Source: a virus
Length of the DNA stretch: 51,905 nucleotides
Strand: one strand, 5' to 3'
Virus record (IMG/VR): IMGVR_UViG_3300017963_000332
Span: 1 to 51,905 of that record
How positions within the stretch are numbered: position 1 is the stretch's first letter; the number at the start of each line of letters is the position of its first letter. The position numbers and the translations under genes were made by a program. Shown here in pieces: positions 17,660 to 26,770 of this stretch. Below the pieces are notes generated by a model, which searched no databases, was not told where the DNA came from, and saw nothing but the letters and a program-made list of their open reading frames with translations.

Positions 17660-18715
17660 ATGGCAGATGGAAGTTATCCCGGCTTAGTCTCCCGTACAAG
17701 AGACGTTAACTCCGCTAGTAATGTAATTTTTACTCAACTTGCGGACAATGGAGGTAATGCAGTAACGGTTACTGGAAACAAGCTCGACGTTAACGCAACT
17801 GTTAACTTAGAGAATTCATACGTGGACGATAGCGCTTTTACTATCGGAACGGATGAGGTAGCCGCCAGCGGTTATTTAGCAGACGAGACTGCTCCTGATT
17901 CAGTAGATGAAGGAGATATAGGTCTTGCTAGGATGACCCTGGACAGGAAGCAGTTGATGGTTATAACTGATGGTTCGACGGATGCAAATAGATTGGGTAT
18001 TGATGCCAGTGGATACATCACAAGCAATATCAATGGAACTGTTACGATCGATGCTAATAGTTCAGATGTCACTGTTGATAATGCAGGCGGTGCTTCTGCT
18101 GTAAACATTCAGGATGGCGGTAATTCAATAACCATTGATGGTACTTTAACAGGTATCACAAATGATGTAAACATCGCTGACGGAGGAAACGTTATCTCTG
18201 TTGATGATGCCGGCGGGTCTATTACGGTCGACGGTTCTGTGACTGTATCGGCAACTGACTTGGATATTAGAGATTTGTCTGATTCCACAGACAGTGTGTC
18301 TATTGGTGATGGAACAGATACCCTTGGTATCAACACCGATGGATCAATTAACGTTAACATCGTGTCTGCGGTGATCACAGGTGAAGTGCATGATTTTGAT
18401 CAAGGTAGTGCTATTGCGTCTGATGGTACGTCTAATCATGATTATGCAACAGCGAATACTACTTTCTTACTCAAATCAGTTATTGTATCTGGAAGTGGTA
18501 ACGTTAAGTTTGAAGTTCAAACAGGTCCTGTTGCTTCTTTAGCAACGGTAGCCGTTGGGTTTTTGAATGGGCGTCAAGGAGATACGAAGCAAATCTTCTT
18601 TGATCCACCTGTTGAAGTTCCAGCGACTTCTACTGGTACTACACGTGTCATTAGAACAAACCGTCAAGGGGCAGCAACGGATGTGTATTCAACAATAATT
18701 GGTACTGATATTTAA
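17660..18715 (+). CDS. Structural protein with short D/G/T/V-rich beta repeats (351 aa)
   Basis: AAGGAGGTAGCC RBS. Contains ITIDGTLTGITNDVNIADGGNVISVDDAGGSITVDGSVTVSATDLDIRD. Confidence 0.6.
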   Translation: MADGSYPGLVSRTRDVNSASNVIFTQLADNGGNAVTVTGNKLDVNATVNLENSYVDDSAFTIGTDEVAASGYLADETAPDSVDEGDIGLARMTLDRKQLMVITDGSTDANRLGIDASGYITSNINGTVTIDANSSDVTVDNAGGASAVNIQDGGNSITIDGTLTGITNDVNIADGGNVISVDDAGGSITVDGSVTVSATDLDIRDLSDSTDSVSIGDGTDTLGINTDGSINVNIVSAVITGEVHDFDQGSAIASDGTSNHDYATANTTFLLKSVIVSGSGNVKFEVQTGPVASLATVAVGFLNGRQGDTKQIFFDPPVEVPATSTGTTRVIRTNRQGAATDVYSTIIGTDI

Positions 18716-18743
18716 TCAGTCCTAACTAGAAAGGGTGGAAGCA

Positions 18744-18935
18744 ATGTCGAATAATCGTTTACCTAAGAAAAAGAAGCAAGTTCGAGATGTTAAATCAGAC
18801 ACAGTAGAACCTGCGAAAAGACAGATAGAGATTAGGACAGGCAATGTTTCCACCCTTACTATTCAACTATTGAACGCGATCAATGAGAATTTGGTTGTGC
18901 TTATAGAGGAAGTGAAGAATGGCAGACTTAAATGA
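18744..18935 (+). CDS. Small hypothetical protein (63 aa)
   Basis: ATG 18744 follows AAAGGGTGGA. The track ORF starts at an upstream GTG. Confidence 0.5.
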   Translation: MSNNRLPKKKKQVRDVKSDTVEPAKRQIEIRTGNVSTLTIQLLNAINENLVVLIEEVKNGRLK

Positions 18936-19428
18936 TTTAACCCAGAACGTCAATATCTGGGACGATGCAAAGAGCAAAGCGGTTGATGTCATAACAGAGG
19001 CAGGCTATGACAGGCTTGCTGTTCAGGCACAGATAGAGGGCGGCTCATTTAGCTTAAAGCCTTTTGTTCCTGTTGTGACCTTTAATGCTACAGGAACTTC
19101 CTTGACAACCTCGTGGACAACAATACTTAATTATACAGGCGGCGAGGGGAGGCTTGACTTTATCTCTGTATCGACAGGAACATCTAATTATAAAGTAAGA
19201 TTGACGATTGATGGGTCAGAAATATTTGATATTGAAATGGATGACCTTAACGCTCTCGGATTAACCAATGCTGTAAATGTCAATATATGGGCAGAGACTG
19301 CTTTGAAGAACTTCAGGTATAGACCACTTGCACCAACGGACTTTACCTCAAGTCTTAAAGTAGAACTTGCTATGACAACAGGAACAGGAACAGCCTACTG
19401 GCTCATTAACTATAGGACACAATCATGA
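18919..19428 (+). CDS. Hypothetical structural protein (169 aa)
   Basis: Overlaps the upstream gene by 17 nt. Clean ORF. Confidence 0.6.
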   Translation: MADLNDLTQNVNIWDDAKSKAVDVITEAGYDRLAVQAQIEGGSFSLKPFVPVVTFNATGTSLTTSWTTILNYTGGEGRLDFISVSTGTSNYKVRLTIDGSEIFDIEMDDLNALGLTNAVNVNIWAETALKNFRYRPLAPTDFTSSLKVELAMTTGTGTAYWLINYRTQS

Positions 19429-19754
19429 TAAACCAAGAAAAAACATTTGATGCTGAGGCAATCCGAGATACAAGTTCACATAATGGTTCAGTGGTTTATA
19501 ACGGAGATTTCGTAATTAAATCTCTCATTGTTGAAAACGGGTTGAACCAGGCAGTGACATTTCAGTGTCAAGGTTCAGCACATTCTGACTTCAGCAATGT
19601 GTTTAATATAGGCTCGTCGTGGGATGTCTCGGCAAGCACAAACTTATTTCAAACATGCGACAGTTATATCCCTTATTGGCGTATTGTTGCACAGTGCAGC
19701 ACTGTTCCGACGAGTGGAACTTTAACTGTTATTATATTGGGGGTGTCGTCATAA
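19425..19754 (+). CDS. Hypothetical structural protein (109 aa)
   Basis: ATGA overlap with the upstream gene. Confidence 0.6.
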   Translation: MINQEKTFDAEAIRDTSSHNGSVVYNGDFVIKSLIVENGLNQAVTFQCQGSAHSDFSNVFNIGSSWDVSASTNLFQTCDSYIPYWRIVAQCSTVPTSGTLTVIILGVSS

Positions 19755-19942
19755 TGGGAACTTTAGACCAACCAACAGGAACAAATGTAACACGCAAGAT
19801 TAAGATTATTGATACAACTGGATATACTCCATCACAGCTTGAGACAGCGTATAACACCAACTATGGGCAGAAGGGTTGGAGAATTATTCAGGTTGTTGCT
19901 CTCGGCAGCAAGAACTATGTTATTGCGGAAAAAGAAGAATGA
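19754..19942 (+). CDS. Small hypothetical protein (62 aa)
   Basis: TAATG overlap. This is an internal ATG of track ORF 19619..19942. Confidence 0.5.
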   Translation: MGTLDQPTGTNVTRKIKIIDTTGYTPSQLETAYNTNYGQKGWRIIQVVALGSKNYVIAEKEE

Positions 19943-20109
19943 TAAGGACGTGTGACAAGTGTGGAGAGGCAGACGAGTATAGTGACGGATACCAGACACA
20001 CATTTGCACGAATTGTAGGAGTTTAATTCCAGCGTTGAGGAAAACAGATGGGATACATACCAGCGGAGCAGACAGTAGCGATAATAGAAGCGACAAAGGA
20101 CAAACCTAA
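19939..20109 (+). CDS. Small zinc-ribbon protein (56 aa)
   Basis: ATGA overlap. Contains CDKCG...CTNC. Confidence 0.45.
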   Translation: MIRTCDKCGEADEYSDGYQTHICTNCRSLIPALRKTDGIHTSGADSSDNRSDKGQT

Positions 20110-20191
20110 TTATTGGTGGTTATTAATAATAGGAGTTGTGCCAGTTGTTGTCGGTTGCTTTGTCAAATTTGTCCTGGATAAAAAAAAATAA
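20048..20191 (+). CDS. Possible small membrane protein (47 aa)
   Basis: GAGGAAAACAG RBS and hydrophobic NYWWLLIIGVVPVVVGCFVKFVL. Overlaps 19939..20109 by 62 nt in another frame. Hand translated. Confidence 0.35.
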   Translation: MGYIPAEQTVAIIEATKDKPNYWWLLIIGVVPVVVGCFVKFVLDKKK

Positions 20192-20243
20192 AAGAATTCA
20201 GGAAACAGTTTGAACAAGGTAAACCAACGCACAATATAGACTA

Positions 20244-20576
20244 ATGGGACGACCAAGGAAAAAACCTATGAATGGAGACAGCAAGATTATCTATGATGCA
20301 GTGGCTTCTATTCAAAAAGACATCACTGCTCTTTCAGGTGCTGTCGCTACGAATACGGCTAAGGTTGATGAACGACACGAATCAAATCTCAGGGCGTTAG
20401 AGAACATGTCAGGGGATGTAACCATAATACGATCGCAACTTCAAAACCTTCCTTGTGGAGAGACCAAGGCTAAGATTGATGCGAACGAGAAAAATATAGG
20501 TAGATTATGGAAGTTTACAGTAGGAGGGGTTCTTTTAATAATCGCTGGAGCAGCGGTTAAGATATGGCTGTTATAG
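20244..20576 (+). CDS. C-terminally membrane-anchored coiled-coil protein (110 aa)
   Basis: C-terminal segment FTVGGVLLIIAGAAVKIWLL. Confidence 0.55.
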   Translation: MGRPRKKPMNGDSKIIYDAVASIQKDITALSGAVATNTAKVDERHESNLRALENMSGDVTIIRSQLQNLPCGETKAKIDANEKNIGRLWKFTVGGVLLIIAGAAVKIWLL

Positions 20577-20905
20577 ACGTAGACCGTCATATACTGTCTC
20601 AGATAATTATGCTTCAAACGAAGATAAAATTACTGTCGGCGAAGTATGACATAGAGTGGCAGAGGGTAATTGAGGTAAGAGATAAGACAGACGCTCTTTT
20701 ATTTAGTGAGGCTACTCCGCCTATATCAGAGTTTAAAACCCTTAGGAATAAAATATTTAGGGCGACGCGGCAATGCCAGAAATACGCTAATGAGATAGCT
20801 GGAATGATATATAAACAAGAAGCATTACTGTTACACTTAGTCGGCGAGATAAAGTGCGCTGACACGAAAAAAGGAAGAGAAACTGATGGCAATAACATGG
20901 ACTAA
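20564..20905 (+). CDS. Hypothetical protein (113 aa)
   Basis: ORF overlaps its neighbours by 13 nt and 20 nt. Confidence 0.5.
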   Translation: MAVIDVDRHILSQIIMLQTKIKLLSAKYDIEWQRVIEVRDKTDALLFSEATPPISEFKTLRNKIFRATRQCQKYANEIAGMIYKQEALLLHLVGEIKCADTKKGRETDGNNMD

Positions 20906-21482
20906 AAATTGGTCAGCGTCTGATGACGGTGTGATCCTCAAAGGGTCTGATCTCAAGAACATTCAGGACGATGTCAGCTCTGGCATCGAAGGGAATGCTA
21001 CGACTATTCAAGACGTCCCTGTCGAAGCGCCTGTTGCAGGTGATGACGGTAAAGCATTGTACTATGATCATGCAGGGGGGAAGTTTGATTATATCACTAT
21101 CATTCCTTCCGGATTGATCCTTATGTGGAGCGGTTCTGTGGCAACCATCCCTAGCGGTTGGGTTATATGTGACGGCAATAACGGCACGCCTGACCTTACA
21201 GATAGATTCGTTATACATGCAGATGCAGATGCTGCTGGAACAAATAACGTTGGAGATACCGGCGGAGCTTCAACGCACACTCACGGAGCTGGGTCGTATA
21301 ATGTGGATAAGGACACTTTCTTCGGGCAACGAGACTTTGTAGAAGGGTATATTGCCGTCTCTGAAGATGCTGGCGAAGGTAAGGCACCTAGATCTAATTC
21401 TGACTTTACGGTTTCAGGAACTTCTGCGAGCGGTGATAATGTTCCTAAGTATTACGCATTGGCATATATAATGAAAACCTAA
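20886..21482 (+). CDS. Tail fibre protein with a phage tail-collar-like domain (198 aa)
   Basis: LILMWSGSVATIPSGWVICDGNNGTPDLTDRFVIHA matches the tail-collar pattern (G.I..W.G....IP.GW.lCDG.NGTPDLrdrF). The N-terminus MAITWTKNW is shared with 26148..26372. Confidence 0.7.
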   Translation: MAITWTKNWSASDDGVILKGSDLKNIQDDVSSGIEGNATTIQDVPVEAPVAGDDGKALYYDHAGGKFDYITIIPSGLILMWSGSVATIPSGWVICDGNNGTPDLTDRFVIHADADAAGTNNVGDTGGASTHTHGAGSYNVDKDTFFGQRDFVEGYIAVSEDAGEGKAPRSNSDFTVSGTSASGDNVPKYYALAYIMKT

Positions 21483-21495
21483 AGGAGGAAGCATA

Positions 21496-21678
21496 ATGGA
21501 AAATAAACTATGGTACACAAGTAAGACGCTGTGGGTTAATGTTATAGCCATTGCTGGAGTTATTTCAAGCAACGTATTCGGCTACACGATCTCTGCTGAG
21601 ATGGCTGTGTCCATCTTATCTGCGATCAACATATTCCTACGGTTCATTACAGGCAAACCTATTGTTTGGGAAAAGTAA
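21496..21678 (+). CDS. Putative holin (60 aa, two TM helices)
   Basis: AAGGAGGAAGC RBS. Hydrophobic segments TLWVNVIAIAGVISSNVFGY and MAVSILSAINIFLRFITG. Confidence 0.5.
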   Translation: MENKLWYTSKTLWVNVIAIAGVISSNVFGYTISAEMAVSILSAINIFLRFITGKPIVWEK

Positions 21679-21690
21679 GGAGGAAGTGGA

Positions 21691-22026
21691 ATGAGAAAGT
21701 GGTTATTAATTGCGTTACTAGTTCTAGCAGTTGGAATCGTTGGATGTGCTAAAGAAGCCGAGGCAAAGTGTGGTCCAAAGAAAGACGTTTGCGACACACC
21801 GCTCGGGTCAATTCTTAACAAATGCGTGAAGCACCCTTCACCAGATAAAGAGCTTATGCCTATTGGCGTTGGGCTTGACTTGATTCTGCTAGAATCTGAC
21901 GTTGAAGACATTACTTATAAGATTACATTAGAATACAAGTATGATGTACGCAATAGCGAACAGCAAATGTATGGCGTTGTCACGTTGAAACTTGCTGATA
22001 TTATTGCGAAAGTTAAGGGAGAATAA
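21691..22026 (+). CDS. Lipoprotein (111 aa), possibly spanin-like or a superinfection-exclusion protein
   Basis: AAGGAGGAAGTGGA RBS. Signal peptide MRKWLLIALLVLAVGIVG-C with an IVGC lipobox. Confidence 0.6.
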   Translation: MRKWLLIALLVLAVGIVGCAKEAEAKCGPKKDVCDTPLGSILNKCVKHPSPDKELMPIGVGLDLILLESDVEDITYKITLEYKYDVRNSEQQMYGVVTLKLADIIAKVKGE

Positions 22027-22028
22027 CT

Positions 22029-22286
22029 ATGGCTGTACCTCTTGCCGAGCGGATAATGAAAGTTGTTGAAGAAGGGTTAGGGCTCTGGAAGACCTTCATT
22101 GCCACTCGGCAAGAGGCGTATGAGCGCAAGCAGGACAAGAATCAAGTTAAAGCTATTGAAGCTGCGGAGAAAGGGTTCTTTGCTATGGATGCTCTGCTCA
22201 ATAAACTGAACTTGGATGAAAAAGAATTTAGGAAAGATTTGAAGTTGATTGCAAGGTACCGTAAACATTTCTTTCATTATCATTAA
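22029..22286 (+). CDS. Small helical protein (85 aa)
   Basis: ORF starts 2 nt after the previous stop. Confidence 0.5.
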   Translation: MAVPLAERIMKVVEEGLGLWKTFIATRQEAYERKQDKNQVKAIEAAEKGFFAMDALLNKLNLDEKEFRKDLKLIARYRKHFFHYH

Positions 22287-22295
22287 GGAGTCATT

Positions 22296-22808
22296 ATGGG
22301 GTGGATAATTTTACTCACGCTGGTAGCAACATACGTCTCAGCTTCTCTATATAGAATGGGAGGATGTAGCTCGACTGATTTGTTGCTTGAATATGGATGG
22401 GTTCCGGCTCCTATTCGTAATCTACCTAAGAAGCGGGACGTGGGATGTGGCATAGTAACAGGGCTTACTATGTGGATGATCCTCAGCTTCATAGGTGTAA
22501 GCAGTCCTTGGTGGATATACCTAATTACATTTGGAATACTTTGGGGAGCACTTAGCACGTATCACGATACAATGTTTTACAACTGGATGAAACCAGATGA
22601 TAACTTCTGGCTGCACGGGTTCTTTTGCGGACTAGCTTATATATTCTTCGGTATTCATACTGGTTTATGGTTAATGTTAGGGATTAGAGTCGCTGTAATT
22701 GCCATATTTATGGGAGTTTGGTGTCACATACTTTTCAGTGACGCATGGTGGGAAGAGAACGGTAGAGGGGGCATACTCCCTCTCTCTTTGTTATTGTTAT
22801 TGATATAG
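22296..22808 (+). CDS. Polytopic membrane protein (170 aa, about 5 TM helices)
   Basis: AAGGAGTC RBS and multiple hydrophobic, Trp-rich segments. Confidence 0.6.
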   Translation: MGWIILLTLVATYVSASLYRMGGCSSTDLLLEYGWVPAPIRNLPKKRDVGCGIVTGLTMWMILSFIGVSSPWWIYLITFGILWGALSTYHDTMFYNWMKPDDNFWLHGFFCGLAYIFFGIHTGLWLMLGIRVAVIAIFMGVWCHILFSDAWWEENGRGGILPLSLLLLLI

Positions 22809-22888
22809 GCGGCGTTTAACACAATGTCGTAACCCAACTGACAAGCCGTAAGGCACTATACCATCGGACACTTGTCACTTGCGCCGCC
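22808..22888 (+). other. Structured 81-nt intergenic element closed by a 7-bp GC stem
   Basis: GGCGGCG (22808-14) pairs with CGCCGCC (22882-88). An internal TGACAAG/CTTGTCA stem is present, and TTTAATTT follows. Confidence 0.3.
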
Positions 22889-22908
22889 TTTAATTTAAGG
22901 AGAACCAA

Positions 22909-24087
22909 ATGGGAATCATTAAAAGTACAACCACATCGACGGGAATCATACCGTTCACTGAGCTGTATGAACGTCTTCTTAATTTAGGACGAATTGATTC
23001 TCCCAACAATATCGATTTCGCTAAAGGGTTGATCAATGATTCTTACACACGGACGTTACCTAGAGTTGAAGACTGGGACATACTCATTAAGGAAGCTAAC
23101 CTCGTTATGATCCCTACGTACACAACAGGAACGGTGTCGTGTACGGTAGGGAGCACGTCGCTTACAGGAAGTGGGACAACGTTTACCTCTGCAATGACCG
23201 CAGAAGCTGGGTATAAGATTTATATTCAAGGCAACAGGGACATCTACACGTTTGAGTATGTGTCAGCTACAAGCGGCACAATCTCACCGGCTCTATCAGG
23301 ACCGACTGACGCGTCCGGTGCTACGTTCAAACTGTTCAAGGATGAGTACGACCTTGCGTCAGACTTTGACAGGTTCCTTAAGAACGGGTCTATTTACGTT
23401 AACACAGGAGGACGGAACAGAGACGTCATTAAAGAAGTGCCACGTGACATGTTCCGCGAAGACTTCGTTAACGCAGCGTCAGACCCGATACAGAGGTGTA
23501 TGCGGACAAGGATCAATGCGACTACCGGTAACCGAATGGTTCGCATCAATCCGTATCCAAAGGAAGCGTATAATTACCCGTACGAATATTTTTATAAAGT
23601 AACGCCCATGTCTGACTATAGTGACGGTACGATCAGTGTTACGAACGGATCAACGACCGTTACTGGAACAGACACGCTCTTCTCTAGTAATGTGGCTTCA
23701 GGAGAGTACTTGCGCGTCAATGGCACGGGGATCGCGGACTCATCTATATGGTATAAGATAGCGTCTATAACCAGTGACACGGAGCTCGAGCTGGAGTCTA
23801 ACTATGCTGGTGAGACAGAAGCGTCTTTGGACTATATGATATCACAGGCACCTACTGCGTTTCCGTCAGAGTTTCATGAGTTCATTCTCTATGACGCTCT
23901 CTTGATAGAGACAGGTGAACAGGGTGACCCGAATGCTTCAGCGTTTACATTGAGACGTGAAAGCATTCTTACAAGCTTAAAACAAAACTATAAGTCACGT
24001 AGGACTAACACGCAATACAGAGTCGGTGACGACGGTATTCGAAGTGGTATGTACGATCGTGACGACGACGTGAGCTACAGGAGATAG
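22909..24087 (+). CDS. Putative head-tail adaptor or tail tubular protein (392 aa)
   Basis: AAGGAGAACC RBS. Contains two copies of a roughly 75-aa domain (GT.S.T.GST..TG.GT.F....G..I.....Y.....) also found in the next protein. Function inferred from gene order. Confidence 0.4.
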   Translation: MGIIKSTTTSTGIIPFTELYERLLNLGRIDSPNNIDFAKGLINDSYTRTLPRVEDWDILIKEANLVMIPTYTTGTVSCTVGSTSLTGSGTTFTSAMTAEAGYKIYIQGNRDIYTFEYVSATSGTISPALSGPTDASGATFKLFKDEYDLASDFDRFLKNGSIYVNTGGRNRDVIKEVPRDMFREDFVNAASDPIQRCMRTRINATTGNRMVRINPYPKEAYNYPYEYFYKVTPMSDYSDGTISVTNGSTTVTGTDTLFSSNVASGEYLRVNGTGIADSSIWYKIASITSDTELELESNYAGETEASLDYMISQAPTAFPSEFHEFILYDALLIETGEQGDPNASAFTLRRESILTSLKQNYKSRRTNTQYRVGDDGIRSGMYDRDDDVSYRR

Positions 24088-24088
24088 T

Positions 24089-25906
24089 ATGGCGATAGGT
24101 AAACCTATAAGTACTGTTGCAATAGAAGACCTTGGGGCAACCGGTTGTAACTATGACGAAGACCTGACGTCCCTTAAAGAAGGTGAGTCGCCTAATTCGA
24201 TAGACATAGAGTTTGATCAGACAGTCGTGCGTAAGCGACCCGGGTACGAGTCGATCACGTCTTCCCTAGGAACAGGGTGGATAGGACGTGGACTGGTGAG
24301 TTTTGCCAACGATTCAGGCGTTCAGAAGCTCGTGGCTCATCAGTATCAGAGCGTGTACACGCAGGATAACTTAGGGTCCACGCAAACCGTGATACGTTCT
24401 GGAGCACCGAACGTTAACTCGTTCTTCACGACAGCGAACAGATATTTGATACATACGTTTAATGATAACTCGACCGAGTATTATTGGGACGGAGCAACAT
24501 CGTCAATGCAGATACTCAGTGCAAGTGCTCCGGGGTTCAAGCATGCTATTGAGTCGCAAGGGTATCTCTTAGGCGGAAACATATCGTCGTCCCCATTGCG
24601 TGTCTACTATGAGCTGACCTCGTCGATGCTCGGTGGGAGCTATAACGACTTTTTTACTTTATCCGGTGGACGAGATGATGAGATCACAGGCTTCTTTATC
24701 CTTAATGGAAGGACGTATGCTAGTACGAAGACAGCTATATTTCGTATTAGCTTTGTTGGGGGCGTCACTGTCTTCGAGTTCAAGAACGTTATTGATACGA
24801 CGGGCGCGGTTCCTAGGACTGCTCAAACGGTTGTCACGGATGAGTTTGGCGAAGTTGTTCTCTTCCTAGGGTACGACCTTAACATCTATATGTTCGACGG
24901 ATCGTTCGTGCGCGTTGTCTCAGACAAGTTCAGGAAGGCTAACAACGACACGCCTATCGCTCTTGAGTATATTGACCGTAACCTGATAGAGAACTGTAAC
25001 GCTGTGTTTGATCCCGTCAAGAGAGTGTACAGATTGTTCGCGACGAAGAAGGGAGACGCGTCAAACGAGTATGCGTTTAACATTGACGTCCGTAATCTAG
25101 GGTACTACCCTTACCAGAACATGACGTTCCACTCTACTGCGATCGCGCAGGATGCTGTTGGTAGGCTGTTCTTGGTTGGCTCTGACTACAATGGTAAGAT
25201 ACACAAGCTGTTCACAGAAGTGAACAATGACGATGGTGTTGTCATTGTTGAGAACTACGAAGCTCCGCCTATCTCTAAGGCTATTGAGCGGTACAAGAAG
25301 ATACAGACCGTTGACTTGAACTTCACTCCGGTCGGTAACCACACGTTGATCTATGAGGACAGGACAGACTTTGACAAGACGTGGAAGAGCCGTGGAGTGA
25401 TCAATATGTTTGACACGAGAGACAGGTTCCTTAACCAGAACTCCGTGCTGGGAACAACAGCGAAGCTGGGAAGTGACTTGTCTGTCCTAGATGAACGTGT
25501 GAATATCCCCGTAACAAATAATATTTATAGGTTTCGGTTACGCACGGGAGGAACTGAAGGGGAGGTATGTAAGTATACAACCGGAACGATTGCCGGATCT
25601 GGAGGAGGAACGAGTCTTACCGGTACGGACACGGTGTGGACGTCAGACATGACGTCGGAGAACGGGTGGAAGATATGGGTGAATGACGGTGACCATAAGA
25701 ATTACGTCTATGATTTTGATTACGTGTCTGCCACATCAGCCACGGTTTCGACCATGACTGGATCGTCTCCGGCGGATGACTTCACAGGTGCGTCGTACGA
25801 GTTGTTTAAGACAGGCGATCCAGCATGTGCGAAGGGGTGGGAGCTGTTGAAGATTGACTATAACGTTAAAGCTGGTACTGTAGGGAAGGGAACGAAGATA
25901 AGATAA
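24089..25906 (+). CDS. Putative tail tubular/nozzle protein (605 aa)
   Basis: Starts 1 nt after the previous stop. Beta-rich, with a C-terminal copy of the shared domain. Function inferred from gene order. Confidence 0.4.
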   Translation: MAIGKPISTVAIEDLGATGCNYDEDLTSLKEGESPNSIDIEFDQTVVRKRPGYESITSSLGTGWIGRGLVSFANDSGVQKLVAHQYQSVYTQDNLGSTQTVIRSGAPNVNSFFTTANRYLIHTFNDNSTEYYWDGATSSMQILSASAPGFKHAIESQGYLLGGNISSSPLRVYYELTSSMLGGSYNDFFTLSGGRDDEITGFFILNGRTYASTKTAIFRISFVGGVTVFEFKNVIDTTGAVPRTAQTVVTDEFGEVVLFLGYDLNIYMFDGSFVRVVSDKFRKANNDTPIALEYIDRNLIENCNAVFDPVKRVYRLFATKKGDASNEYAFNIDVRNLGYYPYQNMTFHSTAIAQDAVGRLFLVGSDYNGKIHKLFTEVNNDDGVVIVENYEAPPISKAIERYKKIQTVDLNFTPVGNHTLIYEDRTDFDKTWKSRGVINMFDTRDRFLNQNSVLGTTAKLGSDLSVLDERVNIPVTNNIYRFRLRTGGTEGEVCKYTTGTIAGSGGGTSLTGTDTVWTSDMTSENGWKIWVNDGDHKNYVYDFDYVSATSATVSTMTGSSPADDFTGASYELFKTGDPACAKGWELLKIDYNVKAGTVGKGTKIR

Positions 25907-26145
25907 TGGCTAAGGTTGGAGATTTTGATCTAACGAAAGAGAGGTTGGAGCTTCAGGAGTTTGCTGAGAGCGTCCGTCTTCTCTTAAATAAAGGGAATAT
26001 AGAGGTTGAAGTGACTGCGGCTTCAGAGCCTGCGTTTAATGCGCCACAGGAAACTAAGTTTGTGCTCTCTATATTCGGAGCGCAGTACAGATTATATATC
26101 AGTTATCTAGGAGATTGGTATTACGTAACACTTACCAAATTATAA
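25906..26145 (+). CDS. Small hypothetical protein (79 aa)
   Basis: TAATG overlap with the upstream gene. Confidence 0.5.
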   Translation: MAKVGDFDLTKERLELQEFAESVRLLLNKGNIEVEVTAASEPAFNAPQETKFVLSIFGAQYRLYISYLGDWYYVTLTKL

Positions 26146-26147
26146 TT

Positions 26148-26372
26148 ATGGCAATAACATGGACAAAAGATTGGTCAGGATCGGACGACGGAACAATATT
26201 AAAAGGTACTGATCTGCAGAATATTCAGCAGGATGTGTCTGCGGAGTTTGCTACGGTGTTAACAACTTCCGATATTGGGGACACAGTACAGGCGTACTCG
26301 GCGACCAAAGATTATATATTCTGGGAAAATGAGGCTGTTGCGTACGATAACAATGCAGTCTACATCACATAG
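26148..26372 (+). CDS. Short fibre-like protein sharing the MAITWTK N-terminal module (74 aa)
   Basis: MAITWTKDWSGSDDGTILKGTDLQNIQQDVS closely parallels the N-terminus of 20886..21482. Internal ATG of track ORF 26115..26372. Confidence 0.55.
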   Translation: MAITWTKDWSGSDDGTILKGTDLQNIQQDVSAEFATVLTTSDIGDTVQAYSATKDYIFWENEAVAYDNNAVYIT

Positions 26373-26381
26373 GAGGAAACA

Positions 26382-26759
26382 ATGGCTGACCTTAAGGAAA
26401 AAGCAGCATCCTTGCTCAGTACGACAACCGTAGCGTTAAACGCAGACGCAAACACAACGCTGTACACTGTCCCTACTGGAAAGAGATGTGTGCTATCACA
26501 TGCAATTTTAATTGCCGGAGCTGACTGCGGTGGAACAGATGTTAGCATCGGTCAGAACGGCGCTACGACTGACTTCCTAGCGACGACAGACTTGGGTAAC
26601 ATTGACGCTCAGTATGATGCTGCGATCTTGCAGCCTATACCTGCAGCGAACGTGTTACTTAGCAAGTCCTATGCGGCAGGAACGGTTATAGAGATGACAG
26701 TTTCTAACAATGCTGGGGGAGCAACTAACACGGTGCTCTTGTACGGCACTCTATATTAA
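26382..26759 (+). CDS. Hypothetical structural protein (125 aa)
   Basis: TAGGAGGAAACA RBS. Beta-rich. Confidence 0.6.
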   Translation: MADLKEKAASLLSTTTVALNADANTTLYTVPTGKRCVLSHAILIAGADCGGTDVSIGQNGATTDFLATTDLGNIDAQYDAAILQPIPAANVLLSKSYAAGTVIEMTVSNNAGGATNTVLLYGTLY

Positions 26760-26770
26760 GGAGAGGATAA

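Noticed and set aside
22808-22888. Possible tRNA gene, suggested by the 7-bp GC acceptor-like stem and 81-nt length
   Set aside because: No D-arm or T-arm pairing and no TTCGA-like T-loop could be drawn. I keep it only as an unclassified structured element.
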